Shown here: piece by piece, positions 1-25,460 of the stretch | Layout: each line of letters opens with the position of its first letter | Position numbering within the stretch: position 1 is the stretch's first letter | DNA from: the human T2T-CHM13v2.0 reference genome, Homo sapiens | Direction: 5' to 3' (one strand) | Assembly: GCF_009914755.1 (NCBI RefSeq) | Contig: NC_060931.1 | DNA: 64,000 bases | The notes under the pieces: generated by a model | What the model saw: only the letters and a program-made list of their open reading frames with translations | Database searches by the model: none | Told to the model about the DNA's origin: nothing | Translations under genes and position numbers: made by a program

Positions 1-16
1 AAACAGAACATTTGTG

Positions 17-306
17 GGCTGGGTGCGCATACCTACTGTGGGAGGCCCAAACAGGAGCATGGCTTGAGGCCAGGAGTTTGAGATCAGCCTGGACATCATG
101 GTGAGACCCCGTCTCTATGAAAAACATTTAATTAGCTGGGCATGGTGGTGCACACCTATAGTCCCAGCAACTTGGGAGGCTGAGACAAGAGGGTTGTTTG
201 AGTCCAGGAAGGAGTTTGAGGCTTCAGTGAGCTGCAGTCGTGCCACTGCACTCCAGCCTGGATGACAGAGACCCTATCTCTAAAAAAAGAAAGGAAGAAA
301 AAAAAA
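17..306 (+). mobile_element. Alu (old, AluJ-like)
   Basis: Alu dimer with A tail. Confidence 0.88.
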
Positions 307-680
307 CAACATTTGCATAATAATTATGAAAGCCAATTAAGTTTAGAGTTTTCTTCCAAATTCCTGCACAAGACCAAAATTACCAGCAAAGGATTCCAGT
401 CCCTAGGACCTAGATGGGTCTCCATGGGTATACGCAATTCTAAAGCTGTCATATCCTCGACTCCTGGGATCTCCAGGCAGCTTCTGGACAGTTATGGGCA
501 CCAACTTGCTGGGGAAGATACTGCACTCTTTGCGAACAGTCTTTCTAGTTCATTTCAGAAGGGCAGGGGGCACCCCTTTTTGGATGGGTGTCATCTGGGA
601 AAGATACTGAACCTATTGTGAAGGAATCCAGTGTGTGGAGTGAGGAACTATGAGTGGACGCTGTAGAAATTCCAAGTTCA

Positions 681-987
<307 letters not shown>

Positions 988-1099
988 TCAGCCCCTTAAA
1001 AGGAGGAGTTTTCTGGTGATGCTCCAGAGATGGACCAGGCTGCTCTGGAAGGATGAGGGCAGAGTCCTGGTTTCCAGTTGGTTAGGGTGCTGCAGAGAA

Positions 1100-1591
<492 letters not shown>

Positions 1592-1794
1592 TTGAGAACA
1601 CTGATCTTTCATATCTCCCCAGCCCCAACGTCTGTCCTTCTGTGATTCTATGATCAAATGACCATTGAGTTAATGGCACAGCGGGTCCTGGTTGGCTTGG
1701 ACCAGTGAACGTAGCAACAGGAGTTAGAGAACCTCCATTCACAGCGTGTTCTTAATGCCGCCTACTTTTATCCTCATAGACAAATGATTTCTGT

Positions 1795-2247
<453 letters not shown>

Positions 2248-2869
2248 GGTTTTCTGTTTTGTGATTAGCAGAGAGAGTTCTGCTGGGATGGTTTTCTGTT
2301 TTGTGGTTAGCAAAGAGAGCCCCACTGCACCTGACCCTCCTCCCTGAGGCCATTTGGGAGATTGTGGAGTCAGACCACATTGAAAGCTCAGCTCCAAAGG
2401 GCTTCCACTGAGGAGGCTGGGGCTGGTGTGGTTTGTAGCTTCAAAGAACTCAGACAGAGGTCTTTTCCAGAGTCAAGGTGAATAGAAGAAAGCAAATTAC
2501 AAGAATGTCATTGTGCCTGCAGGCAGGGAATTTGTGACTAAGACCCTATCTCTGTCCTATGTTGCCTATGGCTCCCCCTCATTCCCCAAGCCCAATCCAT
2601 TCCTGCCCACCCTGATCAACACCAAACCATCAGATTAATCCAAAGCACATCACAAAGATTTTCCTCCCCTTGCCAGGCACCAGGTCTGGAGCTGGGGGCC
2701 TTGAGGTGGGCCAAGCACAAGGCCCCTCCTCATGTTGTACCATGAAGACCAAGTGATCAGTACAATAAGAGAGGTGGAAAGGACTCCTGTGGACTGGGGT
2801 AAACAGGGTGGGTTTCCCAGGGGAGGTGAGATTTCAGAGGGGTCTTAAATTATGAAGATAAAGATCATT

Positions 2870-3600
2870 GACCTAAGTGTCCATCAACAGTGGATTGGCT
2901 AAAGAAAATGTGGAACCATATATACCATGGAATACTATGCAGCCATAAAAAAGAATGAAATAATGTCCTTTGCAGCCACATGGATGCAGCTGGAGGCCAT
3001 TATCCCAAGTGAAATAACTCAGAAACAGAAAACCAAATACCACATGTTCTCACTTATAACTGGGAGGTAAACAATGGGTACTCATGGATATAAAGATGGA
3101 AATAATAGGCCAGTCAGCGTGGCTCACACTTGTAATCTCAGCACTTTGGGAGACCAAGGTGGGTGGATTACTTGAGGTCAGGAGCTCGAGACCAGCCTGG
3201 CCAACATGGTGAAACCCCATCTCTACTAAAAATACAAAAATTAGCCAGGCGTGGTGGCACATGCCTGTAATCATAGCTACCGGGGAAGCTGAGGGAGGAG
3301 GATTGCTTGAACCCAGGAGACGGAAGTTACAGTGAGCCGAGATCACACCACTGTACTCCAGCCTGGGAAACAGAACAAGACTCCATCTCAAAAAAAAAAA
3401 AAAGATGGAAACAATAGACACTGGGGTCTCTAAAAGCGGGGAAGGGGCAAGGGCTGAAAAACTATGTCATGGATATTATGTTCGCTATTTGAGTGATGGG
3501 TCCATTAGAAGAGCAAACCCCATCATCACACAATATACTGAGATCACAAACTTGCACATGTACCCCATGAATCTATAATAAATAACAACAACAACAAATT
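2870..3600 (+). mobile_element. L1 3' end (old L1PA/L1PB-like) interrupted by Alu at 3108-3400
   Basis: CCATGGAATACTATGCAGCCATAAAAAAGAATGA...CATGTTCTCACTTATA L1 motifs; Alu TSD AAAGATGGAAA(T/C)AATA at 3092-3107 and 3401-3416. Confidence 0.9.
3108..3400 (+). mobile_element. AluS inserted in L1
   Basis: Full dimer with TSD. Confidence 0.95.
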
Positions 3601-3697
3601 AACAAGGTATTAAAAAAAATAAAGATCACTGGTAATGGGTCAGAGGTGAGGCACATCATGGAGGTTCCACAGAAAAAGCCCACTGAAGAAGCATGGG

Positions 3698-4020
3698 GGC
3701 CGTGTGCGGATGCTCAGGCCTGGAATCCCAGCACTTTGGGAGGCCAAGGCGGGAGGATCGCTTGAGGTCAGGAGTTTGAGACCAGCCTGGCCAACATGGT
3801 GAATCCCCATCTCTACTAAAAATACAAAAATTAGCCAGGTGTGGTGGTGCATGCCTGTAGCTCCAGCTATTTGGGAGGCTGAGGTGGGAGGATCCCTTGA
3901 ACTCAGGAATTTGAGGCTGCAGTGAGCTATGATCGCACCACAGTGCTCCAGCCCGGGCAACAGAACCAGACCCTGTCTCTAAAAAAATTAAAATTTAAGA
4001 AATTAAAAAAAAAAAAGAAA
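3698..4020 (+). mobile_element. Alu
   Basis: Full dimer with A tail. Confidence 0.92.
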
Positions 4021-4181
4021 AGGAGAAGAAGAATGAGGGTAGTTCTTGGCCCACGACTCCTCAGTCATGTGCTTAAAGCTTTACCTTTGACCAGCAAACC
4101 CTACCCCTATGCCCTCAGCAGCCTCTTCCCAATCAGGCCCCCTTCCACCTCTCTGCTTGTATTAGGTCAAACTCAGTTCTC

Positions 4182-5080
<899 letters not shown>

Positions 5081-5256
5081 ACTCCCCACCTGGTCAGAGA
5101 GAGGAGCCTCACCTCGGAGGAGGGACCTGTGCCCTTGGCCTTATAGCACAGAGAAAACAAGAGAAAGCAAACTTGTTTCCAAAAGACCATCATAAAAATA
5201 CTCTTTGTTGATTTTTCTTTTTTTAATTAAAACATGTTTTGTTTTGTTTTTTTTAA

Positions 5257-5472
<216 letters not shown>

Positions 5473-5769
5473 TGACCGTAGAGAAAGAAACATCTGTGGA
5501 GAGTTTTCAAATGGCAAAAATAATGACAGTAATCAGCCGTCTTGTTACTTCTTGGGGACTGGGTGAAGTCAGTCCTTATTCAAAGAGATGGAATTTTCAG
5601 CATGGTTCCAATATGTCTTTTAATGGTTACACACATAGGTCCCTGAAAAGTATCCATGAGAAATAAAAAGAGCTGGGCTGTTTCTTTGAGTATTCTTTCA
5701 GCAGAAAAAAAAGAAAAAAGAGAAAACTGACTTGAGGGTATTGCTAAAAGATTTTCTGGTGTGGTTTTC

Positions 5770-6035
5770 TTTTCTTTTTCTTTCTTTTTCTTTTTTTTTT
5801 TTTTTTGAGACAGGATCTTGTTCTGTCACCCAGGCTGGAGTGCAGTGGCATGATCACGGCTCACTGTAAACTTGATGTTCTGCACTCAAGTGATCCTCCC
5901 ACTTCAGCCTCCCGAGTAGCTGGGATTACACGCACGTGCTACCATGCCCAGCTAATTTTTGTATTTTTTTGTAGAGACAGGGTTTCGCCATGTTACCCAG
6001 GCTGGTCTCAAACTCCTGGGCTCAAGCAATCTGCC
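5770..6035 (-). mobile_element. AluJ (truncated)
   Basis: Antisense Alu. Confidence 0.9.
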
Positions 6036-6067
6036 CTATTTGTTTTCATTTGAGGGACAGGGCATCA

Positions 6068-6494
<427 letters not shown>

Positions 6495-6954
6495 TCAAAT
6501 TAAGTAGAAAAACAAGTTAAAAAAAAAATCCTTAAATAATTATGGAGGTGGGCAGAGGGTTTTTTTTTTTTTGTGATCGAAATGGTTGATAATGCTTGTA
6601 GAAGAAAGGAAAAACATCTCATATAAAAATTTAATCTGAATGTTTTTGTTGTTAAAAGTCTCCTGTGAATCATGAATTATGAAAAACATGACCCAGGAAA
6701 GCTGTGAACAAGTTGATTCAAGTATCTCAGGCATGTGATGATCTCACGCCCCAGTCCAGCTTGGCTTCTGGGACGGTTAGGATTTTATCAGGTTCAGGGA
6801 ACACTGATGGCCTAATTCTGGCTCCAGGCCTCACCCGGCTCTTTTCACACTGGCGCCAGATGTTTGGGAAGTTTTCAGGAAATTGTGGAAAACCAGACCT
6901 CAGGCTGGTCACCTTCCAGCAAGGTAGGAGGTGGCTGGTATGGTTTTCCCATTA

Positions 6955-7268
6955 TTTTTTTCTTTTCCCTTTTTTTTTTTTTTGAGACAGGGTCTTGCTC
7001 TGTCACTGAGGCTGGAGTGCAGTGGTGTGATTTAAGCTGACTGCAACCTTGACCTCCCAGGCTCTAGCGATTCTCCTTAAGGATTGCAACCTCAGCCTCC
7101 CAAGTACCAGGGACTACAAGCCCACACCACCACACCTGGCTAATTTTTTTATTTTTTGTAGAGACGGTGTCTTGCTATGTTGCTCAGGCTGGTCTCAAAC
7201 TCCTGGGCTCAAGCAATCCTCCCACCTCAGCCTCCTAAAGTGCTGGGATTACAGGCGTGAGCCACCGT
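6955..7268 (-). mobile_element. AluJ
   Basis: Antisense dimer. Confidence 0.9.
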
Positions 7269-7407
7269 CCACAGCTGCTCACCCATTCTTAAATACAAAA
7301 GGAGACCCTGAAAATAAACTGTACAGAGGGATAGATTAGACCTCATGACCCTTGACCTTTAACTCTTCACTGAGGAAGGAGCCCGGCTCCTTTTTTCCTA
7401 CCTGCAC

Positions 7408-7960
<553 letters not shown>

Positions 7961-8112
7961 AAGACATGCCCGTCCCTTGCATGGAGTGATTAAACCCCGG
8001 GCAAAGAAAGGAATCAGTGATGACTCTGGTGCCTGGGACGTTCAGATGCGGGTGGATGTTAGAAAACGCTTTAACAACTGTCCAATCAGAAGGGAGGGGC
8101 CCTGACCAGTCA

Positions 8113-8625
<513 letters not shown>

Positions 8626-8749
8626 TCAGGAGGCTCACCCAGGTGGCCCTGGAGAATGGCCACTGGGTGACTTGGTCCCTAGATCCTGTGAACTTGAGAG
8701 TATAGAACCCAAGGGGGAGGGAATGAAGGGAAATGAAAAGCAGAAGCAG

Positions 8750-9959
<1,210 letters not shown>

Positions 9960-10097
9960 TAAGAGTCTGGCCAGAGGACTTGAGGTGGCCTAAACACACC
10001 ATGAGCAGACTAATGATACCAAAGTGGAACCAGAATGATAAGTCCTAGCTCCCCAAAATTTGAGCATCTATTCTGTGCCAAACACTATAGCAGACAT

Positions 10098-10400
10098 TTT
10101 ATTATTTATATGTTTATTTATTTTGAGACAGAGTTTTGCTCTTGTCACCCAGGTTGGAGTGCAATGGCGTGATCTCGGCTCACTGCAACCTCTACCTCCC
10201 AGTTCAAGCAATACCTCAACCTCCTACGTAGCTGGGATTACGGGTGCCCGCCACCATGCCCAGCTAATTTTTGTATTTTTAGTAGAGATGGGGTTTCATC
10301 ATGTTGCCCAGGTTGCTCTTGAACTCCTGACCTCAGGTGATCCACCAGCCTTGGCCTCCCAAAGTGCTGGGATTACAGGCATTAGTCACCCCATCTGGCC
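10098..10400 (-). mobile_element. AluS
   Basis: Antisense dimer. Confidence 0.92.
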
Positions 10401-10650
10401 TATGCTACTTACTTCCAATACCCTACCATTGTCCTTTTAGTGATGACCATACCCAGGCGATCTCGATGCCCAAGATTTAAGGTGCAGGAAATCCCACTGG
10501 AGTTCAGAGCTGCTGCTTTTTTTTTTTCCTCCAAGAGGAATTGTTGAAGTCAAACTTGACCAAGTTCTTTCTGCAAACTGGATGCCTTCACATGCCTGTC
10601 TCCAGATCCATGCTTCAAGGCTAAGTGTTATTAATAAAAGTAATGCAGAT

Positions 10651-11182
<532 letters not shown>

Positions 11183-11684
11183 TCACAGTTCCCTGACAAT
11201 GATGAAAGCCTGTTCTTTCCAGCCCTCGGCCTCTGTTGGTCCTCACTTTGCAAATGTCTTTCCCAATCTTCACCCACACCAGAAACTCCACGTCTCCCCA
11301 TGAGAGTTCCCAGGACACCCCGTGAGCCGTTTGCAAGAGAGTGTATCACCTTTAACTCGCCCCTGTCTGTTGCAGGAAACAGGGGTCAGACTGTTCTACG
11401 CTTTGAGCACATGGCCTTTGAGGCTTCTCACTTGATCCTCAGAGCTAAATGCTCTCAGATCAGAACAGCAAAGGACTTCGGCCTCAGACCCAGCAAGAGA
11501 TGTTGTCATTGCATACAATCAGCCAGGAATGCCTTCATTCATTCTACACATCTTTATTGACACAGCCTGGCCCTGAAGTCAAAAGAATGAGAAAGGAGGA
11601 AGACAGGCTTGGTGCCTGCCTCCCTGTGTTTAGAGGTTAGCAGAAAAAGAACTAAATCAGGGATGCATTAGAATTATGGTATTA

Positions 11685-12717
<1,033 letters not shown>

Positions 12718-12933
12718 AGTGTGGTATTATGCATACTAACAACAGGGAAAAGTGAACCAGCTCCCAACTGAATCCTACTTTGCTAAGTTGTGTACATGTT
12801 TTCTTTATTCATTTCCATTCACTTATGTACAAGTTAAATATATATTTTTTAATTCCTGCTGTATCCGTCAGGGGACTAGCAGGAAACAGAATCAAACAGG
12901 GACGATTTAAGAGAAGTTAAGAAGGGACTAGGA

Positions 12934-13712
<779 letters not shown>

Positions 13713-14759
13713 TTAGGAGCGCTGGTTAATCCGTGCTCTTTCAGGAAGCCAGGGTGCACAATTTACTCTCAAAATAAGAGTGGGCAGGGGTGGAGACGGT
13801 AGTCATTCATTACCATTCTCTCTATATTAATCGACTAAACCGATAACCACCAGCTGTCTCGCGTCTTTGTGAATTCACAGACATAATGTGTGTGCATCTG
13901 GGTCTTAACAAGAGATCATGGAGGCTGAGTAATGTTTGGGCAGAGAAAAAAATTATTGCATTAAGCAATATGATCTTCAAAAATTGACAGCTGGTGATAT
14001 GGAAGCTTTCAATCTTTTATTTTGTCTTAGGCTGAGAGGCAAAGTCTGGTGTTTAGCTGTATTTTGTATTGATTTTCCAAATGACAAAGAAAATTTCAAA
14101 AGCTGTCAAACAAACACGAGACACTTACGAAGTGAAGCTGTGTTTCATTGGGATTTATGCTTTCTTCCTCATCTATTATGGATATTTCATTAGCGATTAG
14201 TCAGAAACTTTTGAAGCTAGCTTCGGAGTTTGTCATTTAGAGCTTTCATATCAATTTCCTTAAAACATAAGAAATAACATTCCTATAAATAAGGCAAAGG
14301 GCTAAGGCAGATAATACAGTGCGGAAGGCAAAACATAATTTCCAAACATATGCAATTATGAAAAATAGAATAACAAAGTAGGCAATGTTTCAAATGAAGT
14401 TCCTAAATGCACATTTCATTTAAGCTTAATAAAATATCACTTATATTGCAGTAATACCATTTAATTATTAAAAATTCTATCCAACCGGATTAATAACTAT
14501 GTAAAAGATGCTTGTCTAAATTCGAAATTTTCCTCCACTCAGCAGCCTCTCATTATGAAGACTAGCCCTCTTTTAGAATGAATTTTCTTCTGTCCATCAA
14601 AAACCCTGCCTGTTAACTCATTTTTAACACTGTAAATTATTTATATCAGATGCTTGGAAACACAGAGCAAAATAGAGAAGATGTCACCCACGCATCATTT
14701 TATGTTCATTTTTCACCTACTATATCTTCTTAGGCTCAGGCAATTTTAAAAAAACAAAT

Positions 14760-15490
<731 letters not shown>

Positions 15491-15619
15491 CCTCTTCTGA
15501 AACTTCACAATTTCTGCCTTTTCCTGCTCATCACACCACTAAAGCAACTTGTAATTATTACCGACTATAATTCCCAATGAATTCTGTGGCTTTGTGATTT
15601 GGCTTTTGTTGAATTATGA

Positions 15620-15881
<262 letters not shown>

Positions 15882-16286
15882 TAAATTGATGGTTTTATTA
15901 ATCAGTGACATGCCACGGAAATTCAATCTCACAGAGTTTGGGGACTAGACAACCAGACAGGATGTGCTGGGAAGTTTCCATCTGTGTTTAAAATATGTTT
16001 TAGAAGTGGCTGCTGGCCTATTGTGGTTGCTTTTTACTCAATGGTTATTGCAATCTTGGCCTCAGGATACCAAAGAGTAAGACTTCAGTTGCTCAGTGGG
16101 ATCTGAGATGGGTAGGAAGGCGGTTTTTATTCTGTGCAACAAGACTCTTTGCTTCCTTCACTTAGTTTGGGCTCCAGAGCCTTTAGAGGATTTGGTGATT
16201 TCCCCCGACCACTATTTCTAGCAAGTCAGGAAGATGAGGCCAGTGGCTCAGGGGTTGAGGCCACAGCCTGGGAAAGGTAACGCCAC

Positions 16287-17525
<1,239 letters not shown>

Positions 17526-17532
17526 ACAGAAC

Positions 17533-17690
17533 CATATTGACACATTGTTATTACATCGCTATTAACTAAAGTCCACAGTTTACATTAGGGTTTACCTTTC
17601 TAGTTGTACAGTTCCGAGGATTGTGAAAAATGCATGTCACGTGCTTACCATTACAACATCACACATAATATTTTCCCTGTCCTAAAACTG
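17533..17690 (-). mobile_element. L1MC/L1MD 3' fragment
   Basis: TATTAACTAAAGTCCACAGTTTACATTAGGGTT signature. Confidence 0.65.
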
Positions 17691-17949
17691 CAGTGCTATG
17701 GCTCCATCCCTCAGGTATTTTCATCATCCTGAAGTTAAGCAAAAAATGATATTCCAGGAACAAGAAAGTAAGAACAAACACTACACTCCTAATGGGCTGA
17801 GACCATTATAGGATATGGATCTGGGCTGGTGAATGCAATGTTCTAATAGCAATGAAACAGAGTTATTGAAGGAGAGCAGGGCCAAAGATCCCTTCTGGAA
17901 TGAGGAATAAGGAGGAAGAAAAATTAAAACCGTCACTGAGGGATGATTG

Positions 17950-18200
17950 TGCCAAGGTCTAATGTGTATTAACTCATTTAATCCTAACAAAGATACAAGA
18001 AGGTATGTTCGATAATTATCTTAACCTCTAGCATTGGATCTCGTTTTGAACACAGCCATAGGGATGGGTTAGGTAAGGTTCAGATATTACAGGTGAGGAC
18101 AAGGTGACTCAGAGAGGTTAAGTAACCAGCCCAAAGTCACCCAGCCAAAAAGCAGCATGCAGTGCTTAGGGTTTGCACACAGGTCTGTCTGTCTGATGTC
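17950..18200 (-). mobile_element. MIR
   Basis: ATTAACTCATTTAATCCT...CTCAGAGAGGTTAAGTAAC...CCCAAAGTCAC. Confidence 0.75.
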
Positions 18201-18637
18201 CACACCTGTGACCTTCTCTCTGCCCCATGGCGCTGGCTCCTCTGAGATGCAGAAGGGTGAGGATTGAGCTTTTTTCTTCATCTGCAGAGTGCCCGCTGCA
18301 ATTTGTTCCAGGGAGCGCGAGGGAGGCAGTTTTTAAGAGACTCAGTAACAGGAAATTTGGTCTATTGTTTGAAACAAGAGGTGCAAACAAGTGCCCGCTT
18401 TGAAGTGCTGAATAACAAACTCTGCCGGGAGTGGAAAGGCAAGAGGCTACAAGATTCTTGAGTTGGTGTCAAATGCGCAAGACACGGGGCAGAGGGGAAG
18501 AGGCGGCGCAGGAGAAACTGGGGCAAGATCTGTTTGAAGAGAACGGGTCTTAAATAGATCAGGCTACAGGGGACAGCAAGGGGTAGGGGGAACCAGAGGG
18601 TCATTTCTTTCTTTCCTTTTTTTTCTTCCTAAGGGAG

Positions 18638-18639
<2 letters not shown>

Positions 18640-18681
<42 letters not shown>

Positions 18682-18728
18682 TGTGTGTGTGTGTGTGTCT
18701 GTGTGTGTGTGTGTCTGTGTGTGTGTGT
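18640..18728. repeat. (TG)n microsatellite with TC interruptions
   Basis: Direct observation. Confidence 0.97.
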
Positions 18729-19564
18729 TTTAAAAGAAAACATCACAATCACAGGTGGGGGTAAGAGGCAACCAGGTGAACAGTAAAACACAGACAAGTT
18801 TCAAAAGAAAACAAAACCAAACCCCACCACCTGGTCTGACTTGGTTGGTAATAAAACGCTAGCGGATAAACGGAGCTTGTGTAAACTAATCCCACCTCCC
18901 ACTCACAAGTCAGTATTAAATTTAGGAATGAGAGAGTCTAAGATACCGACTTGGAATTACTTACAATTGTTTCACTAAACTGCTCGCCTTGGACTGTGTA
19001 ATAGCACATTCATGACCCCACCCTCCCAGCCATAGCTGCCAGAATGGGATTGTTAATCAGATACTTCCCCAGACAGTCCATGAAACCAGACTCCCCTAAA
19101 GTGAAGATAGAGCCCACGGCAATTAGCAAGTAGATTCCCAATGATGACTTGGAAAACACACCCTTTTCTAGCTGCTTAGACTGCCAACCACCCGTCTTCC
19201 TGTACTTAAGGGGGACTTTTGACTCTTCCCGACGTCTCTCATTTGCAATCAATGTCTCATTCAAGACCAAGGTCAAGTTATCAATCTTGATTATAGATGC
19301 CCTGGACCGGGGTGTCTGGAGCCTCCACCGCCGCAGAGAGATGTCTGGAGACAAAGCCTCTACGGGGAAGGATTGCTGGCAAGCAGGTTGCTGCAAGGTA
19401 AGATGAAAGAATCCTTCCTGGGCAGGTAATACCCAGGACTTCCTGAAGGGGGGATATCGAGGCTCCCTTTTGGACAGCTCAGGTAGGTTCTGACCAGTTC
19501 GGGGACCAGGTGTGGCAAAACAGCTGCATGTAAGTCTGGGGTGGTACCGAAAGTCCACACTTTG

Positions 19565-19720
19565 GCTTACCAGAGAGTAAGTCGTTGTGGAGCAGTTCTT
19601 TTTAATCTCTCTGAGCCTCAGTTTCCCCCTGTGTAAAAGGGAGCTAATGCTTTGTACCTTGCAAAGCTGCTACTGGGGTTAGAGGGAAGCTGTGCAGAGC
19701 TCAGTGGGCAATAACTGTTG
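19565..19720 (+). mobile_element. MIR
   Basis: CTCTCTGAGCCTCAGTTTCCCCCTGTGTAAAAGGG core. Confidence 0.7.
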
Positions 19721-20183
19721 TGATTAGGTGGTTTTACAGGCAAAGATGACTCTTGCAGACTTGTGACTTCCCATCTGGCCTTTCCAACCTCAGGAGGACA
19801 GTAGATAACAGCGATGTCCCTTCGTGGCTCTATTCCCAGTCCCTTGCCAAGAGTTCTCATAAACATTTTATTCTGGGGAGGCGTGAACTCAGAAGTCCCC
19901 CAAAGGGAAAGAAGTCTAAGAGAGGTGTATGGCTGAGTCAGAACGAGGGACCCTGAAGTCTTAAGAACATTGTCTTCTAGGTAAATCTTGACTCACAAAT
20001 AAAACCGAGTAGTACCAAATACGAATTTTCGTGTGTACATCAAATAATTGGCTTAATAGGATCAAACCAATTACACATTTTCCAGGTCTTCCCAGTTGAA
20101 TTTTAAGCTCTCTCCCGGGCAGGAGCTACTGTATTTCGGGTGACTTTATATACACTCCGCCACCTTGCCTTCTTGCCTGCTCC

Positions 20184-20188
<5 letters not shown>

Positions 20189-20232
<44 letters not shown>

Positions 20233-20250
20233 CACCACCACCACCACCAA
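20189..20250. repeat. (CA)n followed by (CAC)n
   Basis: Direct observation. Confidence 0.95.
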
Positions 20251-20678
20251 TACCACCAGACTGATACAGGCTTTAGGAACAGTTGTTGACTTTATTTGCA
20301 TGATATTTGAGAAAACAGGAAACTTGACTTCTCTGTATAGAGCTGGGGGGGTCTCAGCCCTGGTTTCTGAAATAAAAGGTCTCAGGTAGACAGGCCTGGA
20401 AGCTGAATATTAGACCAGTCTTAGCAGGGTTTACAGGCGTGAGCCAATGTGCCCAGCCCATTATTGTTTTCACAGGTTACTGCCCTGTTCCCACTCCCAA
20501 CTAAATTGTAAGCTTCTAAGGGCAGGGACGTAGTCCACCTCTGCCATGTGGTTGGTTTTTTTAGTGTCTGACACAGCACTTTGCTCAACACATAGTGTTT
20601 GGTGATTGGACAATGGGCTTTCCAGCATTATTGGTGACATCCTTATCTGCCCCTCAGAAAACCTTTTTAAAGAATACA

Positions 20679-21290
<612 letters not shown>

Positions 21291-21659
21291 AAAAAGAAGA
21301 CAAAGATCTCGAAGATCCAGTTCAGCAGTTGGTATTGTGTCTGCTGCCTTCCTCAACTTGACCGTAATGACTTCAATTTCTCTCAAATGCCTTTGTTTTT
21401 ATGTTCACTTCAATTAGCGCTAATAGAACAATACTTCGCACCTTCATAAGGTCTTTCCTTGGAAAGCTCCAAAGCATTTTACAAGAAAGTGTTAATTATT
21501 CCCATTTTACAGGCCCGAAACCTGAGGCAAAGTGAAACAGTGACTCAGTGGCAAAATTAGGATGTGATTTTCCCTCTCTGTTTTCAATTGCCTACTATAA
21601 TCACTAGATCACAGGACCCCTTTTAGGTTAGAGTTAAGTTACTGTTTAAAGAGATGACA

Positions 21660-22283
21660 GGCTGGCACGGTGGCTCACCTCTGTAATCCCAGCACTTCGG
21701 GAGGCCAAGGCAGGTAGATCACCTGAGGTCAGGAGTTCAAGACAAGCCTGGCCAACATGGTGAAACCCTGTCTCTACTAAAAATATAAAAAATTAGCTGG
21801 TTGTGGTGGTGGGCACCTGTAATCCCAGCTACTCAGGAGGCTGAGGCAGGAGAATCACTTTAACCCAGGAGGCGGAGGTTGCAGTGAGCTGAGATCATGC
21901 CATCACACTCCAGCCTGGGCAACAAGAGTGAAACTCTGTCTCAAAAAAAAGAAAAAAAGAAAAAAAAAAAAAAAAGACCGGGCGCAGTGGCTCACGCCGG
22001 TAATCCCAGCACTTTGGGAGGCCAAGGTAGGTGGATCACGAGGTCAGGAGTTCAAGACTAGCCTGGCCAAGATAGTGAAACCTTGTCTCTACTAAAAATG
22101 CAAAAATATTAGCCGGGCATGGTAGCGGGCGCCTGTAATTCCAGCTACGCCAGAGGCTGAGGCAGAGAATTGCTTGAACCTGGGAGGCGGAGGTTGAGGT
22201 TGCAGTTAGCTGAGATTGCACCACTGCACTCCGGCCTGGGCGACAGAGTGAGACTCCGTCTCAAAAAAGAAAAAAAAAAAAAA
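21660..22283 (+). mobile_element. Two tandem AluS
   Basis: 21660-21975 and 21976-22283; AAAGA(GA)TGACA flanks. Confidence 0.92.
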
Positions 22284-22329
22284 GATGACATAGGCTCTAA
22301 TGTGTCCTTATTTTAAATAACATTTACTA

Positions 22330-22701
<372 letters not shown>

Positions 22702-22740
22702 TCACTTATAAATTCATCATCCAGAGACACCCACTCTTAG

Positions 22741-23073
<333 letters not shown>

Positions 23074-23421
23074 CACACAGGCTTTTCAAATTATACAAGT
23101 GTGTGTGCCTGTGTCTGTGGGTGAATATTTTAATAAGAAAAGTAAGTGCCAGAGTCGATGCCTACTTTCCTTACTTCTTCCTTCTGCCATTCACCTCTCT
23201 CTCACAAAAATAAAATGTTGACATCCCCTTAGATTCTACCCTAGTTAAAGCTAGCTTCTTAAACCTCTAAAGATATTATAATACAGACTCTCAAAAACTG
23301 ACACTACATCAAATATTTCACGTGCATGGAGCTTGAGGGAGTGAAAAAGTTTTCTACTCCTGCTAGAAATACGAGCTTTTCTATTTCCTATTTTCCACTG
23401 GAACAACCTTTCTCTTCTCTC

Positions 23422-23777
<356 letters not shown>

Positions 23778-24375
23778 TGACAGTGCTTGTGACAAAAGAA
23801 AATCTAATTATATTTCATGAAAACAAATCTTCATTCAACACCAACTGTATAACTGTGGAGACGTGTCACAAAAGAGGGTGTAGAAAAATATTTTGCTTTG
23901 TATGATGAATACAACTGGAAAAAAAAAACCCAACCCATGTCTATACCCTACATGGCCTAGCACCAGGGACATAGTTGTCGTTTAAAATATTGGATGGCAA
24001 ACTTCTGTTATAAGAGCAATATTAATAATGAAACTCAATATAAATAAAACGCCCATGGTTCATATCTCCCAGGAGGAAAGCAAAGAAATTAGTATAAGTC
24101 TGAGCACAGAACTTGAACTTTACATTAAGCAAGTTAATAATAATATTTATATAGTGTTTTACATATCTCAAGCCCTTTCAAGCTACTGTTACCCTATTAA
24201 TTTCTAGTGATTCAGTAATGACATCAGTGAGAGTCACAGAAGATGGCATTTATTTTAATTGTGTACAGGAAATGGGTAATATGACCTCTCTGTGGGAGTC
24301 TCATGATGTGGGGGAGATAAAAAAGGAAAAGTGAGATTTGATATTCGAATAAACTCAAAATATCAAGAAAATGTA

Positions 24376-25022
<647 letters not shown>

Positions 25023-25140
25023 TCAGTGGCTGGTGAGATGGGCTTTGGAAGCTTGTGTGATAACAAAAGCTCCAGGTCTCTTGTCAGAAACTTGAATGTC
25101 CCAAAGCAAGGAGGAGTCAAGTCCATTAAGCTTGATGTAT

Positions 25141-25460
<320 letters not shown>

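Noticed and set aside
19010-19558. 182-aa minus-strand ORF in non-Alu sequence
   Set aside because: Starts at GTG, no recognisable domain, no poly-A or TSD suggesting a retrocopy; most likely chance (BLASTP/PhyloCSF would settle it)
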